Sequence record: SRR33789315_37
DNA length: 39,077 nucleotides
Strand: one strand, 5' to 3'
Below the pieces are notes generated by a model. That model worked only from the letters and a program-made list of their open reading frames with translations. It was not told the origin of the DNA and did not search any database. The position numbers and the translations under genes are program-made. This document shows, one piece after another, positions 9,797 to 19,009 of this stretch (position 1 is its first letter; every line of letters begins with the position of its first letter).

Positions 9797-10088
9797 GTAT
9801 TAATTCTTCCGTATCAACTAATAACATATTGTCAATATAGGAGGATAAACCGTGCTTTTGATTTATTGTAGAAATCCAGTTTCTCTTTGCTAAATCTTTT
9901 TCGCTACAGACAAACTTTCTTTTTTTCAGATCAAAATAGAAATTTAAATCTTCTAGTTCATCATCATTAGGATCAAGCCCTTCAAATAAAAAAACTTGAA
10001 ACATTTTACTGCGAAATTCGTATTCCAACTTAAGCAATAAACCTATTTCATCTGCGGAAGGCTTCTCAGTACCCCAATTGATGTGCAT
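9783..10088 (-). CDS. Hypothetical protein
   Basis: 101-aa ATG ORF filling the gap, with an upstream TAATTTTG -7 box (10113-10120, minus strand). Overlaps the gfo 3' end by 14 nt. Confidence 0.6.
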   Translation of the reverse strand: MHINWGTEKPSADEIGLLLKLEYEFRSKMFQVFLFEGLDPNDDELEDLNFYFDLKKRKFVCSEKDLAKRNWISTINQKHGLSSYIDNMLLVDTEELILIEE

Positions 10089-10168
10089 GATTTGCTATAT
10101 TATTTGAGGGGACAAAATTAATGCAATTTATGAAGTTACCAAATTGTTATCTAAATTTATCTTTAATG

Positions 10169-10486
10169 TTAATCAAGATAAGCTACCTCTCCATCCCAGT
10201 TCATAAAACCACCCAATAAATTATAGGTGTTTTCAAAACCTAATTGAGACATTATTTGGCATGATTGGCCACTGCGTTGACCAGAACGGCAGTATACATA
10301 GTAATTTTTAGCAGGGTCTAACTCTTTAATTTTTTCAACAAAAGCAGCACCTTCATAAAAATCGATAACAGTTGCTTCCGGGATTATACCTTCATCTACT
10401 TCTGCTGGTGTGCGCACATCTAGAATCACTGCATTTTCATCTTGTTCTAATTGAGCGGTCCATTCTTCTTGTGAAAGATCTTTCAT
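10169..10486 (-). CDS. Rhodanese-like domain protein
   Basis: ILDVRTPAE, YCRSGQRS active-site loop, NLLGGFMNW. Confidence 0.9.
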   Translation of the reverse strand: MKDLSQEEWTAQLEQDENAVILDVRTPAEVDEGIIPEATVIDFYEGAAFVEKIKELDPAKNYYVYCRSGQRSGQSCQIMSQLGFENTYNLLGGFMNWDGEVAYLD

Positions 10487-10561
10487 AGTATCTGTAATAA
10501 ATTATTGTCTTATATAAGACCAAAAATAGACATCTTAGTCTTTATTTTTTAATTGTTTTCC

Positions 10562-10592
10562 AAAAAAAATCCGAAGTAATAAACCTCGGATT
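10562..10592 (-). terminator. Intrinsic terminator of the thioredoxin-fold gene pair
   Basis: Minus strand reads AATCCGAGGT-TTATT-ACTTCGGATT, then a T-run. Confidence 0.65.
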
Positions 10593-10613
10593 GAAGAATT
10601 TGTTACGATGGAA

Positions 10614-11234
10614 TTATACCTTTATCGTACATCCTATAGCTTTTGTTGTAGGAACACTTACTTCCTTACCTTTAATTAATTCATCAAGAGCTTTTTCTGC
10701 AAATTTTTCATCTACGTTCCCAGCATCTCTTACACTATCGTCTATTGCACCAATGTATTTTACAACAAGATCAGCCCCTTCTTTCTTAACAATATAGACA
10801 TGAGGTGTTTTTGTTGCACCATATTTAGGGTAGACTTTTTGTCCCTCATCCATTAAATATGGAAAAGTAAACCCTTTGTCTTTAGCCCGTTTTTGCATCA
10901 ACACAAAACTATCTCCAGGCTGAGCTTCAGGACTATTAGGGTTAATCGCAATTACAGGATAGCCTTGACTCTTATACTTCTTATCTAGTGCAATAACGCG
11001 ATCTTCATTAGCAATAGCAAAAGGGCAGGTATTACATGTAAAAACTACAATAAAACCTTTTGCAGCTTCAAAATCCCGTAACGAAACCATTTTACCGTCA
11101 ACATTCTTTAACGAAAAATCCTCTACACTATCTCCTACTTGGTAGCCATTAGAAAAAAAAGAGAGATTGTTAATAGCAAAAGCAGAAAGTATAGAAAGTA
11201 TCGCTAAAGACGTTAAAATTTTTAAACTTTTCAT
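10614..11234 (-). CDS. Thioredoxin family (AhpC/TSA-like redoxin) protein with signal peptide
   Basis: FTCNTCPF CxxC motif, YGATKTPH, YIGAIDD, terminal IGCTIK. Confidence 0.88.
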   Translation of the reverse strand: MKSLKILTSLAILSILSAFAINNLSFFSNGYQVGDSVEDFSLKNVDGKMVSLRDFEAAKGFIVVFTCNTCPFAIANEDRVIALDKKYKSQGYPVIAINPNSPEAQPGDSFVLMQKRAKDKGFTFPYLMDEGQKVYPKYGATKTPHVYIVKKEGADLVVKYIGAIDDSVRDAGNVDEKFAEKALDELIKGKEVSVPTTKAIGCTIKV

Positions 11235-11259
11235 TTTGAATAGTTCTTAATATATCTAG

Positions 11260-11787
11260 TTATAATAATTTTTTAATATGCATATCGAGTTCATCATAGG
11301 TCATAGACTTCTCGTAAAAATGTCTTTCTGATGCGTTATAAATCAAAGTAGCTGGAATAGCACCACTCCACGACGCATCTACTTTAGGAATCCAAGTATT
11401 GCCTTTACTATCGTTTAAAAACACTACTTCAGCATTCACATTATTTTTATTTATAAAAGGAATAAGCCTAGACTCAACTTGATCTTCAAAATCAAGACTT
11501 ACTAATATAACCTCTACATTCTTATTTTTATATTCTTCATGTATTTGTTCAAAATAAGGCAACTCTTCAACACAAGGCTTGCACCATGTTGCCCAAAAAT
11601 TGATTACATATATAGTATCATCTTCCTGATTCAAAAACGGTTCAAAATGATCAAAATCATAGACTGGAATCTGCACGCCATCATTATCTATAATTGAAAT
11701 TGGTTCAATTTCATGATGGTTTTTAACTTTTGTCTCACAAGAAACTAAAGACACCACAAAGAGAAGAACGAGTAATTTTACATTCAT
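11260..11787 (-). CDS. TlpA-family thiol:disulfide oxidoreductase lipoprotein
   Basis: Lipobox LVSC; NFWATWCKPCVEE; WSGAIPAT. Confidence 0.88.
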   Translation of the reverse strand: MNVKLLVLLFVVSLVSCETKVKNHHEIEPISIIDNDGVQIPVYDFDHFEPFLNQEDDTIYVINFWATWCKPCVEELPYFEQIHEEYKNKNVEVILVSLDFEDQVESRLIPFINKNNVNAEVVFLNDSKGNTWIPKVDASWSGAIPATLIYNASERHFYEKSMTYDELDMHIKKLL

Positions 11788-11957
11788 AAATTAGATAAAA
11801 CTAAAAGAACATACAATATTAATTATTACATATCATAAAGTAGTAGACTTTAATACTATTATAACAGATGTCACCTCTCACGCTGATGATTAGCCATTGA
11901 ATAATCACTTTTAGTTAAAAAAGTGTGAAAAATTTTAAAGCTAACTAGTTAATGTCA

Positions 11958-11989
11958 TACATTTGTACATACAATTATTGTAAATACAT
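11958..11989 (+). promoter_or_regulatory. marR promoter -7 box (TACATTTG) overlapped by two operator-like TTGTA-N-ATACA(A/T) palindromes
   Basis: TACATTTG at 11958-11965; TTGTACATACAA at 11963-11974; TTGTAAATACAT at 11978-11989. Confidence 0.6.
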
Positions 11990-11991
11990 CA

Positions 11992-12450
11992 ATGAGTATC
12001 GAAAAAACCATACAGAGTAAAGTTCCTTTAGATTTAGCCACCAAGACGGTCATTAATCTGATGTACACTTCTCGTTTAATGGAAGAGCGTCTGGCTCATA
12101 CCTTAAAACCGTATGATTTAACGGTACCGCAATTTAATGTCATGCGTATTTTAAGAGGTCAAGCCGGAAAACCCGCCAGTCTCAGCACCATACAAGAGCG
12201 CATGGTAGATAAAAATAGTAATACCACAAGATTAGTAGATAAGCTCATCAAAAAGGAATGGGTTATTAGACAAGTTTGTCCCTCTAACAGAAGAATGGTA
12301 GAAATTGAAATAACACCTAAAGGTTTGGAAATTCTAGAAGAACTAGACCCCATATCAAAAGAAATAAATGCAACGAGTGTAGATGCTTTATGTATTGAAA
12401 AACTCGAAGAATTGAATACCCTACTCGATCAATTAAGAAAAGAAGAATAA
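11992..12450 (+). CDS. MarR family transcriptional regulator
   Basis: LTVPQFNVMRILRG, TTRLVDKL and NRRMVEIEITPKG winged-helix motifs. Confidence 0.92.
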   Translation: MSIEKTIQSKVPLDLATKTVINLMYTSRLMEERLAHTLKPYDLTVPQFNVMRILRGQAGKPASLSTIQERMVDKNSNTTRLVDKLIKKEWVIRQVCPSNRRMVEIEITPKGLEILEELDPISKEINATSVDALCIEKLEELNTLLDQLRKEE

Positions 12451-12468
12451 AAAAATTTATCTAAACAT

Positions 12469-12480
12469 TTGTATATACAA
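12469..12480. promoter_or_regulatory. Perfect palindrome TTGTATATACAA, probable MarR operator upstream of yceI
   Basis: Same motif as at the marR promoter; 19 nt before the YceI start. Confidence 0.55.
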
Positions 12481-12499
12481 CAATAAATAAACAGAAATT

Positions 12500-13069
12500 A
12501 TGACAACTTTAAATTCAATCCTAATCCTTGCAGTAACTACAGGTGCTGCTACTATTTTAAACACAGATACCATGAAAAAAGAAATCAAAACATCAGAAAG
12601 TGCAATTGCCTGGACAGGTAAAAAAGTCCTAGGAAGCCATAACGGAAGCATAGGCTTTAAATCAGGTTACCTAGAAATGGATGACGAGCAAATCAAAGGC
12701 GGTGAGTTTGTGGTTGATATGACCTCAATTAAAGTGCTTGATCTTACTGGCGAATCAAAAGACCAATTAGAAGGACATTTAAATAGTGATGACTTTTTTG
12801 GCGTAGCAAATTATGAAGAAGCTGTTCTTTCTATAAAATCTGCATCAAAAAGCGGAAATACTTATGAAGTAGAAGGCGAGCTTACTATTAAAGGCACCAC
12901 CCTGCCTATAGCTTTTGACTTAACTTTTAATGGCGACACAGCTACAACTACTCTTACCGTTAACCGTACCAAATACGGTATTAGATACGGTTCTGGAAGT
13001 TTCTTTGATAATTTAGGAGATAACACCATTAGAGACAATTTCACACTAGATGTGACATTAAAATTCTAA
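12500..13069 (+). CDS. YceI family lipid/polyisoprenoid-binding protein
   Basis: WTGKKV..HNG, VDMTSI, LEGHLNSDDFF, GELTIKG and NRTKYGIRYGS motifs. Confidence 0.9.
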   Translation: MTTLNSILILAVTTGAATILNTDTMKKEIKTSESAIAWTGKKVLGSHNGSIGFKSGYLEMDDEQIKGGEFVVDMTSIKVLDLTGESKDQLEGHLNSDDFFGVANYEEAVLSIKSASKSGNTYEVEGELTIKGTTLPIAFDLTFNGDTATTTLTVNRTKYGIRYGSGSFFDNLGDNTIRDNFTLDVTLKF

Positions 13070-13095
13070 AAAAATAATTTTTTGATAAAAAAAGG

Positions 13096-13126
13096 TTTGT
13101 ACATCGCAAGACTGTTTTTATATTTA
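13096..13126 (+). promoter_or_regulatory. Predicted trp operon promoter (-33 TTTG / -7 TATATTTA)
   Basis: TTTG at 13096-13099, 19-nt spacer, near-consensus -7 box at 13119-13126 just before the leader ATG. Confidence 0.5.
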
Positions 13127-13135
13127 CCCTCAGAT

Positions 13136-13183
13136 ATGAGAAATTTAAATATAAATACTTGGTGGTGGATCTCGCAACGTTAA
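13136..13183 (+). CDS. trpL: trp operon leader peptide MRNLNINTWWWISQR
   Basis: 15-codon ORF read manually, with three tandem TGG codons, upstream of trpE. Confidence 0.88.
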   Translation: MRNLNINTWWWISQR

Positions 13184-13255
13184 CGTCGTGATCAGCATAC
13201 CTGTATTTATTATACCAATAAAAAAGGCCTGTCTTCACGATAGGCCTTTTGCTTT
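13168..13255 (+). promoter_or_regulatory. trp transcription attenuator
   Basis: Pause hairpin GATC..ACG-TTAA-CGT..GATC (13168-13193). Antiterminator pairing of GTCGTGA (13185-13191) with TCACGAT (13235-13241). Terminator AAAAGGCCTGTC-TTCAC-GATAGGCCTTTT (13222-13250). Confidence 0.82.
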
Positions 13256-13290
13256 ATAAGCATTTCTCATAAAAAATTTAATAGGGTAAA

Positions 13291-14688
13291 ATGAAATATA
13301 AATTAAAAACATATAGTACGAGCCTACTCGCAGATACCATTACTCCGGTTTCTATTTACTTGCGACTACGTGATAAATTCCCGAATAGTTTGCTGCTAGA
13401 GAGTAGTGATTATCGTGCTAATGACAACACCTTTAGCTATGTGTGTTGCAATCCTATTGCCTTTATAAAAATAGAGAATGAGCTTATTACACAGCAATTT
13501 CCAGATGGTCGCAGTACTACCATGGCTATAGATGAAACTACAGATGTGGTTGGGGTGATAGAAGCTTTCGCGAAAGCTTTTTCAGCCGAAAAAACAGCAC
13601 ATAAATTCATCAACAACGGTCTCTTTGGCTACACCAGTTATGACGCCGTTAGATACTTTGAAGATGTTACCATTACCAAAAAAGAAAAATCATTAGGCAT
13701 CCCCGATTTATATTATGCGGTTTACCAAAATATCATTGCGATAAACCACTTTAATAACGAAGCTTATATTTTTTCGCACAGTCTGGACGGTATCAATAAT
13801 ACAGACGAAATAGAGCAAATCATTAAAATCAAGAACTTTGCCGAGTACAACTTTAAACGCTCTGGTGATGCTTCTTCTAATATGCCTGACGAAAAATTTG
13901 TTGAGCTGGTAAAAACCTGTAAAAAGCATTGCCAGCGCGGTGATGTTTTTCAAATTGTACCTTCAAAGCGTTTTACGCAGGAATTTAGTGGTGACGAGTT
14001 TAATGTGTATCGCAGTTTGCGCAGTATTAATCCCTCGCCTTATTTGTTTTATTTTGACTACGGAAATTTTAAAATATTTGGTAGTTCGCCCGAAGCCCAA
14101 CTGGTTGTAAAAGACGGTAAAGCCGAAATTCATCCCATTGCCGGAACGTTTAAACGCACGGGAAATGATGAGAAAGATGCCGAATTAGCCAAGCAACTCG
14201 CCATTGATCCTAAAGAAAATAGCGAGCATGTAATGCTGGTAGACCTTGCCCGAAATGATCTGAGCCGCAATGGCTCTAAGGTAAAAGTAGAGACGTATCG
14301 CGAAGTACAATTCTTCTCTCACGTGATCCATCTGGTGAGTAAAGTTACCGCACAAAAACACGCTAAAACGTCTACCATGCGTGTGGTAGCAGATACCTTT
14401 CCTGCAGGAACCCTTACGGGAGCGCCTAAACATCGTGCGATGCAATTGTTAGAAGAATATGAACCCGTGAATCGTGATTTTTACGGTGGCGCATTAGGAT
14501 TTATGGACTTTAACGGCAATTTTAACCACGCCATAATTATACGCTCTTTTTTAAGTAAGAATCATAAACTGTATTATCAGGCTGGCGCCGGAATTGTGAG
14601 CGACAGTATCCCCGAAAATGAATTGCAAGAAGTGTACAATAAATTAGGCGCTCTTAATTTAGCGCTTGAATTAGCCGAAAATATCTAA
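13291..14688 (+). CDS. trpE: Anthranilate synthase component I
   Basis: LLES, GDVFQIV, NPSPY, GSSPE, PIAGT, EHVMLVDLARND and AGAGIV motifs. Confidence 0.95.
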   Translation: MKYKLKTYSTSLLADTITPVSIYLRLRDKFPNSLLLESSDYRANDNTFSYVCCNPIAFIKIENELITQQFPDGRSTTMAIDETTDVVGVIEAFAKAFSAEKTAHKFINNGLFGYTSYDAVRYFEDVTITKKEKSLGIPDLYYAVYQNIIAINHFNNEAYIFSHSLDGINNTDEIEQIIKIKNFAEYNFKRSGDASSNMPDEKFVELVKTCKKHCQRGDVFQIVPSKRFTQEFSGDEFNVYRSLRSINPSPYLFYFDYGNFKIFGSSPEAQLVVKDGKAEIHPIAGTFKRTGNDEKDAELAKQLAIDPKENSEHVMLVDLARNDLSRNGSKVKVETYREVQFFSHVIHLVSKVTAQKHAKTSTMRVVADTFPAGTLTGAPKHRAMQLLEEYEPVNRDFYGGALGFMDFNGNFNHAIIIRSFLSKNHKLYYQAGAGIVSDSIPENELQEVYNKLGALNLALELAENI

Positions 14689-14691
14689 GTT

Positions 14692-15264
14692 ATGGGAAAG
14701 AAGATTTTAGTTATCGATAATTACGACAGTTTTGTATACAATCTGGTACATTATCTGGAAGAATTAGACTGCGAGGTAACCGTAAAACGTAACGATCGCG
14801 TCAGTTTAGAGGAAATAGGTCAATATGACAAAATATTACTCTCGCCGGGACCGGGAATCCCAGACGAAGCCGGCATGTTAAAATCTATTATTAAAGAATA
14901 TGCCTCCAGTAAAAGTATTCTAGGGGTGTGTTTAGGGCAACAGGCTATCGGGGAAGTTTTTGGCGGAAGACTCAGGAACCTTTCTGAAGTTTTTCATGGA
15001 GTTGCCACCACAGCAAAACAACTGGTAAAAGATGAAAAGTTATTTAAAAAGGTTCCCAAAGAATTTCAGGTAGGTAGATATCATTCTTGGGTGGTTTCAA
15101 AAGATGGTTTCCCTTCAGAATTAGAGATTACTTCTATTGATGAAAACGGACAAATCATGTCGCTTCGCCATCGGGCTTATGATGTACGCGGCGTGCAGTT
15201 TCATCCGGAATCTGTCCTGACACCAGAAGGAAAAAAAATAATCAAAAATTGGGTAGAAAATTAA
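14692..15264 (+). CDS. trpG: Anthranilate synthase component II (glutamine amidotransferase)
   Basis: IDNYDSF, SPGPG, GVCLG, RYHS and QFHPES motifs. Confidence 0.95.
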   Translation: MGKKILVIDNYDSFVYNLVHYLEELDCEVTVKRNDRVSLEEIGQYDKILLSPGPGIPDEAGMLKSIIKEYASSKSILGVCLGQQAIGEVFGGRLRNLSEVFHGVATTAKQLVKDEKLFKKVPKEFQVGRYHSWVVSKDGFPSELEITSIDENGQIMSLRHRAYDVRGVQFHPESVLTPEGKKIIKNWVEN

Positions 15265-15289
15265 TTGCTATCCCAAAGTAAGACATAAA

Positions 15290-16285
15290 ATGAAACAACT
15301 ATTAAACCGACTGATTAACCACGAGCGTCTTTCTAAAGAAGAAGCGCGCGAAGTGCTCGTCAAAATATCAGAAGGCCAATACAACCAGAGTCAGATTGCG
15401 GCATTTGTGACTGTGTACATGATGCGTAGCATTGCTGTTGAAGAACTTGCGGGTTTTAGGGATGCACTGCTGGATTTATGTATTGCGGTACCCTTTAAAG
15501 AATACAATTCAATAGATTTATGTGGTACAGGTGGAGATGGTAAGAATACGTTTAACGTTTCTACTTTATCCTCTTTTGTTGCCGCAGGCGCGGGAATAAA
15601 TGTCACTAAACATGGTAATTACGGCGTTTCTTCGGTGAGCGGTAGCAGCAATGTGATGGAACAACTGGGTGTCAAATTCAGTAATGATAAAGGCTTTTTA
15701 CAAAAATGCTTAGACGAGGCTGGTATCTGTATTTTACACGCTCCACTATTTCATCCCGCATTAAAAAATGTAGGTCCTATCCGTCGCGAATTAGGTGTAA
15801 AAACCTTTTTCAATATGTTGGGTCCTATGGTGAATCCTGCATTTCCTGCTAATCAACTCGTAGGGGTTTTTAGTCTGGAATTGGCGCGTATTTATGGCTA
15901 TTTGTACCAAAAAACCGATAAAAATTTTACCATTTTACATGCTATAGATGGTTATGATGAGATTTCATTGACCGGTAAAACCAAAGCGATTCGTAACCAT
16001 ACAGAGCAGTTGCTGTCGCCAGAAGATTTTGGCGTTAAAACCATAAAACCAGAAGAAATTTATGGCGGGGATTCTATTTCTGCTTCCGCGAAAATTTTTA
16101 GGAATGTAATCAGCGGGAAAGGTACAGAAGCACAAAACAACGTGGTTTCGGCCAATGCCGGAATGGCAATTGCCACCGTAAAAAACCTAACTCCACTGGC
16201 AGGTTTTGAACTCGCCAAAGAATCGCTATTAAGCGGAAAAGGCCTCGAAAAACTAAATAAATTAATCGCCCTCAGCAATTCATAA
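15290..16285 (+). CDS. trpD: Anthranilate phosphoribosyltransferase
   Basis: DLCGTGGDG, KHGN, FNMLGP and DGYDEI motifs. Confidence 0.95.
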   Translation: MKQLLNRLINHERLSKEEAREVLVKISEGQYNQSQIAAFVTVYMMRSIAVEELAGFRDALLDLCIAVPFKEYNSIDLCGTGGDGKNTFNVSTLSSFVAAGAGINVTKHGNYGVSSVSGSSNVMEQLGVKFSNDKGFLQKCLDEAGICILHAPLFHPALKNVGPIRRELGVKTFFNMLGPMVNPAFPANQLVGVFSLELARIYGYLYQKTDKNFTILHAIDGYDEISLTGKTKAIRNHTEQLLSPEDFGVKTIKPEEIYGGDSISASAKIFRNVISGKGTEAQNNVVSANAGMAIATVKNLTPLAGFELAKESLLSGKGLEKLNKLIALSNS

Positions 16286-16297
16286 CTCATAATTCAA
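16277..16297 (+). repeat. Short heptamer tandem (AATTCAT AACTCAT AATTCAA) at the trpD-trpC junction
   Basis: Three imperfect 7-nt units read directly. Confidence 0.45.
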
Positions 16298-16299
16298 AA

Positions 16300-17082
16300 G
16301 TGAACATTCTTGATAAAATAGTAGCAGACAAATACCTGGAAGTAGCGCTTAAAAAGGGATTGATTCCATTGAGGCAATTAGAGCAATCTGTGTTGTTTGA
16401 GCGGGAGACTTTTTCGTTAGCACAAGCCTTAAGAGCAAGTACGACGGGCATCATAGCCGAACATAAAAGACGTTCGCCCAGCAAGTCTGTAATCAATCAA
16501 AAGGTGAGTGTTCAAGATGTGGCAAAAGGATATGCTGAAGCTGGTGTTTGTGGAATGTCTGTTCTTACCGATGGAAAATATTTTGGCGGCTCGCTAGACG
16601 ATTTATTACTTGCCCGAGCTTCTGTAAACCTTCCGCTGTTGCGCAAAGAATTTATCATTGATGCCTACCAACTATATGAAGCCAAAGCGTATGGCGCAGA
16701 CGTAATTTTGTTGATCGCGGCGGTGCTTTCGCGTAAGCAAATTAAAACCCTTTCTGAAACTGCAAAAAGCTTGGGTCTTGATGTGCTGCTGGAAGTGCAT
16801 AATGAAGAAGAATTAGAAAAATCGATTATGCCCTCGCTGGATATGCTGGGTGTAAATAACCGAAATCTCAAAACGTTTGAGGTAAGCCTGGAGACGAGCA
16901 AATCGCTTTCGCAGCTAATACCTAATGATTTTGTCAAGGTTTCTGAAAGTGGAATAAGCAGTATTGAAGCTATAAAAGAGCTACAAACCTATGGTTATCA
17001 AGGGTTTTTGATAGGTGAAAATTTTATGAAAACCGAAAATCCGGGCGCAAGCGCTATCGAATTTATTAATCAGTTAAAATGA
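16300..17082 (+). CDS. trpC: Indole-3-glycerol phosphate synthase
   Basis: [31 protein letters not shown] and SESGI motifs; GTG start. Confidence 0.95.
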   Translation: MNILDKIVADKYLEVALKKGLIPLRQLEQSVLFERETFSLAQALRASTTGIIAEHKRRSPSKSVINQKVSVQDVAKGYAEAGVCGMSVLTDGKYFGGSLDDLLLARASVNLPLLRKEFIIDAYQLYEAKAYGADVILLIAAVLSRKQIKTLSETAKSLGLDVLLEVHNEEELEKSIMPSLDMLGVNNRNLKTFEVSLETSKSLSQLIPNDFVKVSESGISSIEAIKELQTYGYQGFLIGENFMKTENPGASAIEFINQLK

Positions 17083-18956
17083 AACTCAAAATCTGCGGAA
17101 TGAAGCATAACACTGCTGAAGTTGGGCAACTTCAGCCGGATTATCTTGGCTTTATCTTTTATGAAAAAAGCCCCCGCAATTTTGAAGGTAGCATTCCTGT
17201 ATTGCGGGAGAGTATACAGAAAGTAGGCGTTTTTGTCGATGCTAAAATTCCTTTCGCTTTAGCTAAAATAGATCAATACGACTTAGATGTGATCCAATTA
17301 CACGGAGAAGAATCTCCCGATTATTGCCAAGAACTTAAAGAGCAAATAAGCAAACAAAACCACTCAGAAATCGAAATCTGGAAGGTTTTCAGTATTAAAG
17401 ATACTTTTGATTTTGGGGTACTTTCACCTTATGAAGCCGTAGTAGATAAGTTCCTTTTTGATACGAAAGGAAAGGCAAAAGGCGGTAATGGCTATACCTT
17501 TGATTGGACTGTTTTAAAGAACTATACTTCTAATAAACCTTTTATTTTGAGCGGTGGCATTGGTCTTTCAGAAATTGATGAAATCGAAGCTTTATCACAA
17601 ACCGATTTGCCCCTTTTTGCAGTAGATGTAAACAGCAAATTTGAAAAAGCTCCGGGTTTAAAAAACACAACAGATCTTGAGATTTTTAAAGCTACAATAA
17701 CCGCTTTCACCCACAACCCTGCTACCAGATACCAACTACCAGATACCAGTTACAATATACCAGCTATGAAGATGAATTATAACGTAAACGAAAAAGGCTA
17801 TTATGGCGATTTTGGAGGAGCATATATCCCCGAAATGCTCTATCCTAATGTAGAAGAACTGCGTCAAAATTATTTGAAAATTACGCAAGAAGAGGATTTC
17901 AAAAAGGAATTTAATGAATTGCTGAAGGAATATGTAGGTCGGCCTACTCCACTCTACTTTGCTAAACGATTTTCAGAAAAATACGGTACTAAAGTTTACC
18001 TGAAACGGGAAGATTTATGCCACACGGGCGCGCATAAAGTCAACAACACGATTGGTCAGATTTTGGTTGCCAAACGTCTGGGTAAAAACCGCATTATTGC
18101 AGAAACCGGTGCCGGACAACACGGTGTAGCGACAGCTACCGTTTGTGCACTTATGGGACTGGAATGCATCGTGTATATGGGCGAAATAGACATCAAACGT
18201 CAAGCACCCAATGTCGCCAGGATGAAAATGCTAGGTGCTACGGTGGTTCCCGCTTTAAGTGGTAGCCGCACTCTAAAAGATGCGACTAACGAAGCCATTA
18301 GAGACTGGATCAACAATCCGGTTGACACACATTATATCATAGGAAGTGTGGTGGGACCACATCCGTATCCAGATATGGTTGCGCGTTTTCAAAGTGTGAT
18401 TTCAGAAGAAGTTAAAACACAATTGCTAGAAAAAGAAGGTCGTGAAAACCCTGATTATGTAGTCGCTTGTGTAGGTGGCGGCAGTAACGCAGCCGGGCTT
18501 TTTTATCATTATTTAGACAAACCCGAAGTTGGTATTATTGCGGTGGAAGCTGCCGGAAAAGGAATTTATTCGGGCGAAAGTGCTGCTACTTCGGCTTTAG
18601 GTAAAGAAGGCATTATTCACGGAAGTAAAACGCTGTTGATGCAAACTGCAGATGGGCAGATTACCGAACCGTATTCTATTTCGGCGGGGTTAGATTATCC
18701 TGGTGTAGGGCCAATGCACGCCAACCTGTTTAGAACAGGTCGTGCCGAGTTCCTGAGCATTACTGATGACGAGGCGATGAAAGCCGGACTCGAACTTTGT
18801 GAACTGGAAGGTATTATTCCTGCCATTGAGAGTTCGCACGCCTTAGCCATTTTTAAAGATAGAAAATTTAAAAAGGAGGATATTGTCGTGCTTAACCTGA
18901 GCGGTCGTGGCGACAAAGACCTTAATACGTATATAGAATACTTCAACTTAGCCTAA
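17079..18956 (+). CDS. trpB: In-frame fusion of phosphoribosylanthranilate isomerase (TrpF, ~17079-17700) and tryptophan synthase beta (TrpB, from ~17766)
   Basis: TrpF motifs KICG, QLHG, GGNG..FDW and DVNSKFE. TrpB motifs [40 protein letters not shown] and LSGRGDKD. No stop between them; in-frame ATGs at 17766 and 17772. Confidence 0.88.
   Translation: MKLKICGMKHNTAEVGQLQPDYLGFIFYEKSPRNFEGSIPVLRESIQKVGVFVDAKIPFALAKIDQYDLDVIQLHGEESPDYCQELKEQISKQNHSEIEIWKVFSIKDTFDFGVLSPYEAVVDKFLFDTKGKAKGGNGYTFDWTVLKNYTSNKPFILSGGIGLSEIDEIEALSQTDLPLFAVDVNSKFEKAPGLKNTTDLEIFKATITAFTHNPATRYQLPDTSYNIPAMKMNYNVNEKGYYGDFGGAYIPEMLYPNVEELRQNYLKITQEEDFKKEFNELLKEYVGRPTPLYFAKRFSEKYGTKVYLKREDLCHTGAHKVNNTIGQILVAKRLGKNRIIAETGAGQHGVATATVCALMGLECIVYMGEIDIKRQAPNVARMKMLGATVVPALSGSRTLKDATNEAIRDWINNPVDTHYIIGSVVGPHPYPDMVARFQSVISEEVKTQLLEKEGRENPDYVVACVGGGSNAAGLFYHYLDKPEVGIIAVEAAGKGIYSGESAATSALGKEGIIHGSKTLLMQTADGQITEPYSISAGLDYPGVGPMHANLFRTGRAEFLSITDDEAMKAGLELCELEGIIPAIESSHALAIFKDRKFKKEDIVVLNLSGRGDKDLNTYIEYFNLA
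17723..17764 (+). repeat. Six-unit heptamer tandem repeat (consensus TACCAGN) forming the TrpF-TrpB linker
   Basis: TACCAGA TACCAAC TACCAGA TACCAGT TACAATA TACCAGC = 42 nt. Confidence 0.85.
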
Positions 18957-18966
18957 AAGCTCATTT

Positions 18967-18994
18967 TGTCACCTCGAGCGCAGTCGAGAGGTCT
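18967..18994 (+). repeat. REP-like palindromic element between trpB and trpA
   Basis: TGTCACCTCGAGCGCAGTCGAGAGGTCT: GTCA head followed by a CTCGA-GCGCAG-TCGAG hairpin; GC-rich in an AT-rich spacer. Confidence 0.6.
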
Positions 18995-19009
18995 CACTAA
19001 CATACAGAT

